DNA from: Nemertoderma westbladi
Lineage: Eukaryota; Animalia; Xenacoelomorpha
NCBI GenBank assembly: GCA_032718475.1
Contig: JAUCBJ010000476.1
Span: 29,787 to 93,786 of the forward strand
Direction: 5' to 3'
Length of the DNA stretch: 64,000 bases
The translations under genes and the position numbers were made by a program. Shown here piece after piece: positions 50,301-62,715 of this stretch (the stretch's first letter is position 1; every line of letters starts with the position of its first letter). The notes below the pieces were generated by a model. It was not told where the DNA came from. It searched no databases and saw nothing but the letters and a program-made list of their open reading frames with translations.

Positions 50301-53300
50301 AGTCCGACTTACGTCGACGACTGGACGAATCGACGAGGATTGCGATTTGGGTTTAGCGGCGGCCCGGACAGCCGGATAATGGGATCGCCTGGGGGAAATT
50401 GTTGAAAGTCGGGCAGACGTGTATCGTATCGGATTACGTTCTCTGCTACGCGAAAGTGTGAGGCGAATTCGTTGTCGAATTGGGTCGGAAGCTGCGGGAA
50501 TTCTACTGTTCTACGGGAATAAACCGCAGCTATCCGGTGACTACGGACGGATACTGGGATGAGCAGGTATTTCGATCAAGTTTCTCGTATTCTCGATTTT
50601 CTTGAATTCTCGATATTTCCTATAAACCACATGGCTTCGCATATTGAACGTGTGATTGGAAATAAGTTTGTGCTACCCTTCCGCCCCTTGGGTGGTAGAT
50701 GTCGCGGTTATGTATTTGTAGGGATGAAGGGGGGGGGGGGGGGGGGGCAGAGTAAAAGGGCTGAACACGTACTGTCCCCCTTTCTTTGATTGATTGTCGG
50801 TATGGTTAAATTTCTCAAATACTGATTTTGTGATACAGTCGCTCAGTTTTAATTTGTATCTCATAACTGGGCCTCATCCTGCGCGAAGGCCCCTCGAACG
50901 TGTAGGCCAATGCGTATCGCGAAGTATATTAATTCGCAAGTTATATTTCAATTTATATAGTATTGATGGAGGCGCTATTTCAATACTATTTATATAGTAT
51001 TGAATGGCCATAGACTCAATGATAGAAATACCAGCTGGTGCGGATATGCCCAAACTTAAGAAAAGTATTTTACTTGCCAAGTTTTAGTAAGGTTGTGTTT
51101 ACTCACTCACACTATCACAGACAGTAATCAAACATAAACTGTTTATAATGTATTACCCCGTCAGCTGAATATCTCTTCCCAGTGTATCCTATAGGAATAT
51201 CTATAATGTTACTCACTGCTATGTTATATGGTAGGCCAGCTGATTGAATTATTATGAGCACAGGGCCGTTAATTAATTAATAGGGCTGCATTCAAATGGG
51301 TCAGGTCCGCCTAATAATGCCCCTAAGCCAACTCTCTATGTATTCCTCTGTCACAGCAGCCAATGAATGTCTATATACATTTAATTTCGCGACAAAATAA
51401 CATCAAAAAAAACGAAATACATCGAATACCAAACATAGAATCGATCTGAAATTTTGTAACGCGATTATGAACCACCAAAACAATGTACTTGCAAAATTTA
51501 ATCAAAAAAGCTAAGTAGGAAGTGTATGAAACTGCAATTCCGGTATATGAATAGATAGCATGTTGATTGCTATATATATCCCTCACTGACAAATTTTTCT
51601 GACAGTAACTATCCATGCTCTTTGAGCGGGCTCCTAACTATCCCTGCTCTTTGAGCGGGCTCCTAACTATCCCTGCTCTTTGAGCGGGCTCCTAACTATC
51701 CCTGCTCTTTGAGCGGGCTCCTAATTATGAATTTAAAACGCACTAGTAGTATAATTATTAGGATATATATATAGGATATTTAGCAACGATTAACCTTATT
51801 TCAATGATGTCTTCCACATTCTCCCACGTAATCCTTATTTTACGAGTATACGCGTAGTCTACAATCACGCGAAGGACTTCCGCCTTTACAAATAAGTTTA
51901 TCGTTTTAGAGTGAGTCTCTATCATGCCATTGGTGAACATTGCTTCAAAGTAAGGGCTGCAGGAAATAAAAAAGTAATATTATTTCTTAAAACAAATATG
52001 TCTTTACTGTGGTGATTTTACCTTTGGTAAAGTCGGATAAATTCGTTGAGGGTATCCGCAAACAACGCTACTAAAGAGCTCAGTAGTCGCTCTCATGTGG
52101 TAGGAAGAAGGCAAACACATCCATATCCATTTTGGCCGTTGTACCTATGTAGGCTATATTATTAGGCTCAGGTTGTTCAGGTATAGTTAGTAGAGCGTAC
52201 GTGTTCCAACCGGAAGCTTGTAAGTTCGAGCCCCAGAAAAGGAACAGCGCAGTTATTATTAAGCTGTCAAGTCTAAGTAACTAGCTTCACCCAGATGTAA
52301 TGGGAACCTGGTATATGCTGGGTTGGGGGGTAAATACAATGGTTGTATAGTGGGAGTATCGGATCTTGGGAGTTAGTGTGGCACCCTCCCTGCCTTATAC
52401 AGGTAACAACTGAGAGAGAGAGGAGCCTTCAAGAGGTTCGTTTTTCACACGTTCCCCAAGTAAATTTTCTTCGGTCGCTCAGTACTCATTTAGCTACCAC
52501 TTAAGGATGCAAGGCAGAGATGCGTCCTGGCTGGTCCCTTTAAAGCATTATCGTGCCGAAACGAAAACTGCACTGGCCCATGTGAGGATCGAACTCACGA
52601 CCTACAGGAGATGTGAATTCAATGCAACCACTACACCAAGTTGGAACCCAAATTGACTCTGCAAATTCAACTTATCTAAATGTAAATTAGCCTTACACTC
52701 TGCGTATTCTATATTGCCTTGCGTTTGCTTCACACCTCGACTGACTCTATTGTCACATAAGAAGTCGTACACTCACTCCAAATGACATGTAACCACCACA
52801 TGTTATCTTATCAATAAATAATTGGTATCCCATTACAATACTTATTACACAGTTTTGAAGTATTTTCCCAGTTACTTTACTCGAGTGTACTGTAGGAAAA
52901 CCCGAGGGCCGTAGACCCGAGGGTTTCCTGCCCGAGAAAACAAAGCGACTAGCTAATAGTACCACGAAAATAGTTAAAGCTAGAGCACTTCGGAATAAGG
53001 AACAGTTTCCATGTAAACTAAACAACCTGACCTCTCACCCTCCACAGACATGGTTAGTACGCGTAGAACTTATTTAATAAAAGCCGAAGTTCATTTGAAA
53101 GTGGGGGTAAGGAAAGGAATAGTGTATCCTAAATAATTACAGCAAACGTTTGCTCTATATATCATTGTGACTTACCTCAACGTGCATAAAATAATGCGAT
53201 GTGCAGCAATAGTAACATTTTCAGCTGTTATTGTAACATCGCATAACTTTTTATCTTTCTGAAAAGCCAACATTTTGTCTCTTTCTCCTTCCACAATGAC

Positions 53301-53447
53301 ACCGCGGTATATTATGGGCTTGTCCTGTCGCTCGGTCTGACACAACGTGTTTACATCCTTGGAGGCATGGGCACGCCTCACGGCGTGTCCATTTTCTATC
53401 CGTCTCTGAAAATCCCAAAGGACTCTTTTAACTAAGTCATCGCCCAT
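38392..53447 (-). CDS. BTB-BACK-Kelch protein, KLHL10-like; exons 53447-53176, 51956-51795, 48311-48174, 48061-47983, 46747-46572, 45523-45316, 44935-44710, 42858-42679, 40510-40342, 39638-39538, 38558-38392
   Basis: All junctions are GT-AG and phase-consistent. BTB LCDVTI..AHRIILCTLSPYFEAMFTNGM; BACK DELN...EKTVFDAIVKWV; kelch repeats GGWSG..PTN, PRAYHG, RRCYVSV, RSD, RRSGVS, PRSNFG and NRSAL, the series typical of KLHL10. Confidence 0.9.
38614..39180. mobile_element. MITE-like element with ~87-bp imperfect inverted repeats
   Basis: tttgaaattgctga...catgacatgaat (38614-38700) mirrors attcatgtcatg...cagcaatttcaaa (39094-39180). Confidence 0.75.
40540..40895 (+). mobile_element. Degenerate 3' fragment of a CRE-like (restriction-like endonuclease) non-LTR element
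   Basis: FSPFVATC...RL..AWG..Y..EVGWL.SRIAFAIIRGTSQC.R resembles the CRE-clade C-terminus; (CTGAT)n tail. Confidence 0.55.
41205..41897 (-). mobile_element. Partial inverted copy of the TTAA/poly-G element at 14612-15434
   Basis: TTAA followed by a G-run, then the reverse complement of ~14835-15412. Confidence 0.8.
42184..42232 (-). ncRNA. Type I hammerhead ribozyme motif (copy A)
   Basis: GCGCUA-CUGAUGA-GGCCU gau AGACU-GAAA-CGUA cug UACG-UU-AAGCGC: the conserved core with stems I, II and III. Confidence 0.7.
43870..44452. repeat. Tandem ~120-130-bp repeat (4-5 copies) with (ctgt)n
   Basis: Repeated ggtcaaggatttcatttccgctgtcag...ccctatccagactgtctgtc...ggaatcacattagctaattaaaattctc. Confidence 0.9.
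46148..46445. mobile_element. Small inverted-repeat element (MITE/HINE-like)
   Basis: cacgaagtgagc.aagcc.ttagcatatgggt.ccatt..cgagttgtctg is mirrored at 46395-46445. Confidence 0.7.
47000..47156. repeat. Foldback: 59-bp perfect inverted arms with a 39-bp spacer
   Basis: 47000-47058 is the reverse complement of 47098-47156. Confidence 0.92.
51610..51724. repeat. 29-bp minisatellite x4 (ctatccctgctctttgagcgggctcctaa)
   Basis: Direct tandem copies. Confidence 0.9.
52178..52640. mobile_element. Two convergent tRNA-derived SINE relics
   Basis: Plus strand: A-box tagttagtagagcg, B-box gttcgagccc, then cacccagatgtaatgggaacc. Minus strand: ggtgtagtggtt...ggtcgtgagttcgatcctcacatgggcca. Confidence 0.6.
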
Positions 53448-55591
53448 GATGCCCTAACCCATGTAAAGCTAGGGTAAACGGTCGGGCTACATACCTAAAG
53501 TTAAAAGATAACAATTTTTCACTGTCATCCTACTTGTACGTTGCTTTTTATGATGAATTAATATCTATCGGACCTAATTGATTTTGGTTAGTATTAGCTT
53601 ATACACAATTAAATTAATATGGTATTGATGTATTCTAGAATTGGTACCGTCACGCTATGCAACTGGTGACGACCGTTTAAATAAATTAACGCCCTCAAAT
53701 TGCGAGTCAATGACACTACTCTTACTTCAATAATAAAAAATTGAGTTGGCATCACTTAACCATAAATAATAATTATTATTTTCTGTTATAACATAAAATT
53801 TATTATCCTTTGCAATGGTATACTGATACCATTGATGCAATAATGGTATACTGACTTTGAAATGATGCACTGGTATAAATATAATATATAATATACTACT
53901 ACTATATAATAATATCTATAAAAAGTAACTCAACTAAGTTTAAGATGTTACGAATGTTCACGTACAGGCAGTGAGGCAGTATGAGTACAAAGTATACTCT
54001 CACTGTGGGACATACATTACAACGTTTTAAAACAGTGTCTTTTTGCGAAATTACACCCTTCTTATAGCCGGCATTCTTCACATTAGTCGTGATTTATTTA
54101 TATCAATAGAAAGCTTGCGTTGCAAGGATTCCAAATATGTAACAATGTCTGAATTTCGTTGAGAAACAACTGAGATATATGAGTTTAAAGATTGTAAGAA
54201 ATATCGTTCGCTGTAGGTCATTTATTATATTTAATAACAACGTTCTGGAATATTTCGCTTGTGTATTTGTAGCTAGCTACGCATTAGTTATATTGTATAG
54301 GCATACCGTTGCAGCATGGCCATCGTAATATAAAGACTGCTCACTCTCACCCCCCTCGATCAGCTAATCAAAGAAGTCATACTTAAGTTTGAATAAAATA
54401 ATATATTATTACATAAATTATGTTAGCAATCCATGCATGCATTTCAATTAATATTAAAACATTTAATTTCATTAGTGGACGGACACCATCAAACATAGAA
54501 TAATTTTCATGGCTGCAAACCGCCGCGCCGAGATCTGCTATTTGAAGCTCTGAAGTCTAGTTGGGAAGCTCAAGATGTCCTAAAGAGATACTGAGGCTGA
54601 GGTACTATTTCTGCTCCCCCCTATTCAACGTCAACGTACAGGGAACAAACTACATATCACCATACTGGCGCATGGCTGATTGTATAACCATTGCAGCTCT
54701 ACCATAGTGACCTGAACCCTGATACTTTCCGAGATAACCTAGCTCGCCGTCTGTCTTTCGATATTACGATTGTTAACGCTGACACCATGAGCTCATATTA
54801 ATCTGCCAAATGCTCAACCAAGTCCATCCTTAATGCAGAGAAATTGCGCTATGGTAATGTTTGCGAAGGCAGGCGTTTCGCGTTTACTATTTTACCCCCA
54901 TGTGGTTGGAACCACGGATTGGGAGGGATATGGTGTCCTATCATGTACAATGGTATGAGTATGTACATGTATACAGATCGCCTGCTACTCAGTTAATATA
55001 ATAATATCGTAACTCAACTCTGTTTAAGATGTTAAGGGCAATGTACGATATACGTACATTCACGTACAGACAGTACAAAGTATACTCTTACTATGTGATA
55101 TAAAGTAGGCCTATATTAATAAATACTGTTGGAAAAGGCATAACATTTTCAAAACCTTCTCTATGGGGAGTAGGCTAAAGTTTTGGGAGATTTTAGTAAT
55201 TACGGGTAATATGATTGTCATCAATAATCCAACTGGACTGATTCCCATCCAGTTGGGGATCATTGGGGAGTTTGTGTAATTATAGCGAATATGTGTGAAT
55301 ATAGCACAAGAAGGTGATTATATCTGATCAAATTTTATTGAAATATTAAGGATTAGAATTTACGAAATTTGCTGCTGCAACGGGTCTCGAAATCGGTAAA
55401 TAATAATAATAGCACAGCACCTGTGCTCTGACTACTGATCTAAAATAACGTAATTTCTGCCTCTAAAATAGTAGTAGAAAGAAGGAATACTGCGCGAAAG
55501 CACTACTTCCTAGCACTGTTTTTTTAAAAAAAGTACATTTTTCAGATAAAACTTGTTTTTCATAAAAAATTAATTCATAAAATAGCCAAGA

Positions 55592-57763
55592 ATGCCGAAA
55601 AATAAGAATATAAGACAACAATGGGAGTCGGAATTTGGTCAATTGATACGTGAAAAAACTGTACCACCAAGAATTGAACCATCGCAACCTCGAAACGACT
55701 TCACTGACTTACAAATATTGACATTTCATCGCACTACGGTTCACTTACTGGTATTGATAGACGCCGGCCGTATTGCCTCGGCCAGTCATGATTGCACCGC
55801 CGCTATTTGGTCGCTCGAGCAAGGAACTTTATTGGTTGTACTCCAAGGCCACAGCAAACTGATCACATGTCTTCGTGTATTACCAAGGAGCATTCAGCCT
55901 TCGCCAGCTGTCGCTTGCGTTGACGACTTGTTGGTTATGAGTAGTTCTCTAGACGGCACAATTCGTTTATGGAATAGCAATACCGGAGACTCACTCTATG
56001 TATATACAGCCGACCACAACAATCCTATTAAGGTTATCCTAATTATGGAATATATTTTCAACCAGAACATATCGGTATTTTGTGCCGGAGGAAAAGATCT
56101 TAGTTTGTGGGATTTTAACGGAGAGCTTAATGATAACGCCAAACAAGATGATGGCAGCGATGGTATCACTCACATAGTAGGTTTACCAAAAGACAGACTG
56201 GTTACAGCATCAGGGAAGCAATTAACAGTCTATAAAATATCCCAAATAATGGACAATTGTAATGATCAAATAGCTATCCAGAAAGAGTTAAGGGTGGTCA
56301 AGAGATTGCCACCACACAGACAAGATATCAGAGACCTCCAAGTTGTAAGTGAAACGTCTTTTGTGAGTTGTTCTTGCGACGGTGACATTAAGGTTTGGTC
56401 TGTTACTCATTTGGATCAATGTTACGCCACATTAAACCACGTCGACAACAACGAATACGAAGGAGTTCCCCATAATCCTTTCCCGTACATGGTTCAAGCG
56501 ATTCTGGTGATCGATAAAAGATATATTGCCGCAGCGATAGGGAAAGGTTTCGTGGTTTACGACCACAGCTTGGGAAGTTCTGTCGTCGAACAGAGAATCG
56601 CTCACTTTGGTAAAATTTTGTCGTTGGACCTTGTTCATGGTGGGTCGTTGCTCGCTTCCAGTTGTGAAGACGGCACAGTTCGGTTGTGGGCAGCCTGTGA
56701 GGATCTGGAGGTGAGTTTATCATTTCGTTCAATGTTGTTTTCATTTTGTTTATTCATACTTGTTACTTGACCAAACATTATAGAGCCAATGTACCCGATA
56801 ATCAAGTAATATTGTGAGTGCTTAGCGAGATTTCACTATTATACAGTAGGTAATCATAAAACCGGGTGCCCCCAAATTAGATAGTATGCAAATTTATTCA
56901 AAAATAACTTGCACCTGAACACGGGGACGACCTGCGCTTGCAAGTGTCATCAAGGCCATTATTGAAAGTCTTTTACTGTATATTGTATTTATTAAATTAA
57001 TTGGGATAGGATATGCAACTTAAGACTGCATGTTCAATATAAGTGGATTGATTATATGTGATGAGTGAGTGTGGCTTACCTTGTTGGCGCTACTGATGAG
57101 GTCTGATAGGCCGAAACGTCCGTAGGCCTATAGCGCTGGTTCAACCCTCGGTGACGTGCTTGTGCTTCCTATTGTTTTCCATTTCCGAACCTTAATATTA
57201 GAACATTATTCTATTTATAATAACTTGTAGGCATTTAATATAATATTTACTAAAACTAAAATAAAATTTTTTCCTCAAGGGGCATAGCAGAATGTACTGT
57301 ACATGTCCATAAACGGTATACAATAAACCTGAGATTTTCTACCCTGAAATATAGTCTAACGAAAACAATAATTATAATATTAACCAAACAGAATTGCCAT
57401 ATTAGCTACATTTTGTAATTATTACTTACAACTACTGTAGGTGACAACCTATATACATGTATTTAGTATTTTCTATGGTACCGTTACTTTCCATCCCTTT
57501 AGAATAACTGTAAAACTCACGCGCAATTTGAGTCTTTATCAAACGTGCTTAACGGACGCAGATGTCAATCGGATGGTATGAAACTTCATCTTATAGGGGA
57601 GTGTTTCGGACACAGTGGTTCCGTGCTGTGTCTCACCAGTAACAGCGAAGGATTCGCAACTTGCGGAATAGATGGATTAGTACTCCTATGGAAAAATAGA
57701 ATTTATCAAACCAGTAAAAAAATCGAGTACGTTAACCAGTGCCATGATGGTGTAAGAATTTGA
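55592..57763 (+). CDS. WDR41: WD repeat protein 41 (C9orf72-SMCR8 complex); exons 55592-56710 and 57503-57763
   Basis: PRNDFTDLQIL.FH...VHLLVLID..RIASAS.D...IW..EQG.LL..LQGHSK.IT, GGKDL.LW and LIGECFGHSGSV match the WDR41 pattern; phase-0 GT-AG intron. Confidence 0.8.
57087..57136 (+). ncRNA. Type I hammerhead ribozyme motif (copy B, stem III degenerate)
   Basis: GCGCUA-CUGAUGA-GGUCU gau AGGCC-GAAA-cguccguaggcc-UA-UAGCGC. Confidence 0.65.
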
Positions 57764-58471
57764 TTATTATTGTAATATAAACTACCACTGACAATTCTCG
57801 CTACTTTTGTTACTCCCAGTTTGTTGAAATAGGCTGTCGAGTTTACTCGACAGTATTAGTAATTAAGTATTATTCATCCATTTTTCCAGCACAGGGACTA
57901 AGCTTACTGTATTTCCATTAACCCCCCCCCCCCCCCCCCCCCCCATAATTTACACCCCAGAGGAAACTGGTACTCACCTGTGCCTGCCTAATGGAGTTGA
58001 GTTGGCTTCGAAATGTATTCATTCATGAACCTAAAATGTAATTAGTAATATAGGCTATCCCTCAAGGGCATCGGTTTAAAGTACTAAGTCTATTCAACGT
58101 CTAGGTGATTATGTAATGGTAGATGTGATACAAGACATACTGTAGTTAAACATTCTCAGAATTGTTGTTCGTTCCGGTTGTTTTTAAGTGGTGATTTCGA
58201 ATATCTATCAACCACCCACCCCCCCTCCCCCCATTTGAAAATTGATCTGAAATTTAAGCAGTTCCATCAATAATGTCATAACTTTGATTATGTAGCCAGA
58301 TAATAACATGAAAATAAAATATAAGACTTTCAATAGACCTGAGCACGGCATCCATTTGATACTGGAATAGGACTGACTACATACGACATCGACAGATTAA
58401 CGGACAAAAAAATCAATAATTGCACTTTTATAAATCAGCAAATTAATATTATTTTGATAATTAATACTAAA

Positions 58472-59521
58472 CTAAAACAAAAGCGTCTTTTTGGCAGGAC
58501 ATTCGTCGTCAGTGAGCTGCATCTGGGCTCGTCGTTTTTGGGAGCCAAGATTCAATGTGGGATACTGGATGGGAGAAGGGGGTCGGGATGCTACGGTGGG
58601 CAAGGGGAGGCCGCGAGGGGGCGTCGGGTAGGGTTCGGCGTGGAAGTAGCGGGACTCGAGAGCGCGGGTAGTCGACCATCGGCGGATCGGATCGAAGGTA
58701 AATAACCCGGCGAGAAGAGCGAGAGAATCGCCGTCGGCAGCCGTAAAGATATCCTTTAAAGGAGTTCCTTCGATGGGTTTAAACCCGATATAATCCGGGA
58801 GACTCGTGATACCCGGCCAAACGTTTTCCGTCGGAGTCCCGAGCGCTTCGAAGATTTTCGCCAACTGATCCAGGTCGGACTCTCCCGGGAGGAAGGGAAC
58901 CCGGAGCAACAGCTCGGCGAGGACGCATCCCATGGCCCAAGTGTCCACGCCGACTCCGTACATTCTAGAACCGTAGAGTAACTCGGGACTACGGTACCAT
59001 CTGGTCACCACCTGGTTGGTGTACAACCTATTGGGACTGCCGTACAACTTGGCCAATCCGAAATCACCCAACTTAACAACACCGCTCCCGCTAATTAGCA
59101 GATTGTTTGGCTTGATGTCACGATGCAGACACCAGTTGTTATGGAGATACTCGAGACCTTTAAGAGACTGCAACATAAAACCTTTGATATGAGCCGAGAG
59201 GAGCACCGTGGATGTGTCCTTGATGACAACCTCAAGGTCAGTGTGCATAAAGTCGAACACGAGACTAATATTGGACCGCTGTCCAAACACGTCCAACAAC
59301 CCTATAACATTCTCGTGCCTCAGTTCTTGTAGGAGTTTAATTTCCCTTAGAGCTGTCCTATTGATTCCATCTCTGGCCTCATTCCGATGTCCCAGTTTTA
59401 TTTTCTTTACTGCTACTATTTTATCATTATCTTCCTTGTCCCTCGCTTTGAACACAGTAGCGAACTGCCCCTGACCCAAGTATTCTATTTTCTCGTATCG
59501 CGTTGATTTCAAGCGATCCAT
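58472..59521 (-). CDS. CDK7: Cyclin-dependent kinase 7 (intronless CDS)
   Basis: [22 protein letters not shown] (NRTALRE signature), [25 protein letters not shown]. Confidence 0.97.
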   Translation of the reverse strand: MDRLKSTRYEKIEYLGQGQFATVFKARDKEDNDKIVAVKKIKLGHRNEARDGINRTALREIKLLQELRHENVIGLLDVFGQRSNISLVFDFMHTDLEVVIKDTSTVLLSAHIKGFMLQSLKGLEYLHNNWCLHRDIKPNNLLISGSGVVKLGDFGLAKLYGSPNRLYTNQVVTRWYRSPELLYGSRMYGVGVDTWAMGCVLAELLLRVPFLPGESDLDQLAKIFEALGTPTENVWPGITSLPDYIGFKPIEGTPLKDIFTAADGDSLALLAGLFTFDPIRRWSTTRALESRYFHAEPYPTPPRGLPLPTVASRPPSPIQYPTLNLGSQKRRAQMQLTDDECPAKKTLLF

Positions 59522-60129
59522 TCAATTAAAATTCCCTCTCCATAAACAACTAACTGGGTGGGAAACAGTATAAAAGGCAATTATTAATATTGCTATACCA
59601 TATTCATATTATTATAATAATATGTACCTGCATTTTGCATTGGGTTATTAAGTGCACTAACTTTCACAACTTAAAAAAACAAATTAAATAAATCAATAAG
59701 AACCACTTATAACAATTATTACCCCCATTGAAATACTATACTTTCAATGAAAAAAATAAACAATATAGATTAAATAATTATTTGTTTTTTTAACCTGGAA
59801 AGAAATGTAAACTACTGTATTACTTGTATTGTTATTATACAGTACATGGGAAATTACTGAGTGAGTATAATAAAGCCACGAGGATTATATTACAACACTA
59901 TTTTTTAGTACTTTGCAATGAGAGAGTATACTCTGTGGTACTCACTCACTGTAGTTTTATTCCAAAACAGTAACTGCCTGCACCGATCCAGTTCATCTGA
60001 TAGGCCTACTACTACCGGTAAAATAAGTAAGGTAAAATTGTTTAATAAAATTGCATATTGCATTACAGGACCAAAAAGGAGGCTAAGTGACTTCAATTTA
60101 GCTGTAAAGGTCAAGGTGGTGGTCGACCC

Positions 60130-60984
60130 CTAGCCAGCACTATTAGATACAGTTGTAGGGACAGCCTCATCCCAGGGGCCGTGGATATTATTCTTAAGTG
60201 GCTGAAGTTTTATGAGCCACCACGGACAGACAAACAAAATAAACAATAACAACCCTGCTAATAACCCGGCAGCCAGTCGGGACATAGTTGCTACGGCTAA
60301 CGTAGACAGAGTAACCAATAACGCAGTCTGGGAACAATCGGCAAAGAAGTTACTGGATTTTATTTGTTCTCTTAGTTGCGGAAACAACGCGAATATCTGC
60401 AAACCGAGTAGGATAGTGGCGAATGTGTGACTGGCAGAGGGGAGTCGAGATGCCAGGCAGACACTGGCGAACACAGCCGAGGTTAAACTGATGGGGCTAG
60501 CCACGAGAGAGGGAGAATGCGAAGGGTTGTAATCGTGGAATAAAAGGTTTATCAATAGAGTTATTGTAGTCATTGCGTAGATAGTATCGCTACTTATACT
60601 ATGGGTGAGAGTAGCGAGTACCGGCGATAGGGCGTACAGAAACGTTACGAATATAACGGCGGACTTGGCGTGTTGCCAAACTTGGTCCTTGGTTCGTATA
60701 ACCGTGCCCAACCACACGGACAGACAATAGCCGGCCAGAGTACTGGTTATAACTATAAAGGTTAGAACGGCTGGGCTCAGAACTCCTGATTGCATATAGA
60801 GAAACGCGACTGGGAACACTGCGACAGCGCTTATCTGTTGCGTAACGCAACCCGCTTCGAAACTCAACGTCCAGTAATCGTATCTCCGAATGTTGATGTT
60901 CTTCCGAAGTTCTTCCATGAAGGTTTCATCAACGTAATTATCAGGTTCGTCTCGACTTTCATACAACACCTTCCGTCTAGGCAT
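60130..60984 (-). CDS. PIGC: GPI-GlcNAc transferase subunit C (GPI2)
   Basis: KVLYE....PDNYVD..F.EELRKN, SPVL.TLT.SISSDTIYA, FASVCLASRL, KNNIHGPWDEA. First ATG at 60984. Confidence 0.95.
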   Translation of the reverse strand: MPRRKVLYESRDEPDNYVDETFMEELRKNINIRRYDYWTLSFEAGCVTQQISAVAVFPVAFLYMQSGVLSPAVLTFIVITSTLAGYCLSVWLGTVIRTKDQVWQHAKSAVIFVTFLYALSPVLATLTHSISSDTIYAMTTITLLINLLFHDYNPSHSPSLVASPISLTSAVFASVCLASRLPSASHTFATILLGLQIFALFPQLREQIKSSNFFADCSQTALLVTLSTLAVATMSRLAAGLLAGLLLFILFVCPWWLIKLQPLKNNIHGPWDEAVPTTVSNSAG

Positions 60985-62715
60985 GGCCAATAAATAAGCA
61001 GAATGCCGGTACCGGTATAATAAGTCAATAATTATGCTAGGATACAATAGAACAATAGGCTAACTACTGGTGTACTGAACTAAATACAATAAAAGATTGT
61101 ATGTCTGTAGGTATATAGATCTGTAGATGGGTGGGTTGGTAGATCACCTGATCACAGCCTACTAAACTTAAGCCCAACACCAACATCCAGCACTCCGGCT
61201 AGCTGAGTCCATGCAGCCATGGGAGCAGAGGTGTAGGCAGTAGGCGTTAATTACTGCTTACAGAAACACGTGGCCCTACCCAGTATGTGTTAGGGATTTT
61301 TTACGAGTTATACTACAGTGTACAGTAGCAGTATAATTAATGGCTGTTAGTTAATAAATATTTAATAGCAAGCAAACCAATCACCAATGCAGTAGGCCTA
61401 ATCCTAATGTGAGTGTTTGTGTTTCGGATACCCTGCGACTCAGTTGACCAGCAACTAAGTCGATTTACACACCCTGACGCTGACAGCCTGATAAGCTGCA
61501 TTTACGTCACGTCCTTTCCTAATTAATGTCGTGAATTACATTGGGCAGGGCATGTGTGTAGTGCTAGCGTACAACAGTCCTAACTGCCTAAGTTTAGAAG
61601 TAAGTTAGTTCGATAGGTCCATGTCAACAGACCAAGGTGTACTAAATACTAAAGTTATTTAGTACACCTTGCAACAGACTGAGACTGAAGAAATAATGAA
61701 ATACTTATTTCGGTTTGAATTTCCCGCCACTTGGGATTTACCCATTTATGTGCTAATATTTACAATGTAACAGAATTGTTATTAAAGCGTTAATGCTGGT
61801 AAAAAAAAAAGAAGTAAGTTAGTTAGTTGTACCCCAGAACTGGAAAATATGACTATATCTGAATAGCAACAATCAAAATTGAACAGTATTTACAGCTGGT
61901 TATGAGTAAAAATAAAATCTCTATTAACTCTCATTCATTTATCTCTCGGTTCATAATCAGTAACATGCCACTGTGTAACGTAACATGTTCATTGTCCTTT
62001 CCCTTAACTGTTAACTATCATTGTTAATTACCTTCTGAAGATGTAACATTTCTGATGAACCTGATATTAAACCCACGATCGCAGTTTAAATCGATACTTT
62101 TTTTTAAAACCTATAATAAAATAAGTGCATGTTACTATATTGGTGTTTCTATTCTGCGGTCTGACATAGTACTTTACTCACTTTACATCGGAATGTACTA
62201 ATTGTTGGGACAGACAACTTTATTCTGGTTGCACTTGTCACCTTTCAATCCTTACCTTATTTAGATTTGCCGATAGCTATGAGGCACTTTCTAGGCATAT
62301 AATTCGTTATGGTATGTCTACAGTAGATAGGTAAAAAATATTAATTAACAGCCATAATATAAACATCTATGAGCCATAATATGTTCAGTGTACTGTATAG
62401 TAAACCACAAACAAAGGCGATATTGATATGCTAATTTGGTCGCAATCACTTAGTAGGGGGAAAATTCAATATAAAAACAAGTTAAACGTCCCCCTCCCTC
62501 CATATGATTGCTTTTTTTTATTATATTTTTTAAATTGATATCGGCTACATTTTTAATATTACTATTGCCCTATAACTATAATATAAGTTTAATAAGGAAC
62601 AACAAAAAAAATGTGAGAGTCAATATTCATTACAGGTAGTGGGATAAGAAATACACCAAAGAAATTAACGAATATATTATTAGTTGAACCAAACAATATA
62701 CAGTTTAGAAATGGG

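Noticed and set aside
52575-52640. tRNA gene
   Set aside because: The T-arm and 3' acceptor side look tRNA-like, but the anticodon arm and acceptor pairing are broken; treated as a SINE head.
53450-53490. Telomerase RNA template-like ccctaaccc
   Set aside because: Only a 9-nt match beside the KLHL start codon, with no supporting pseudoknot or H/ACA structure seen.
61680-61720. Third hammerhead (ctgaaga...gaaa)
   Set aside because: No credible stem II or stem III pairing.
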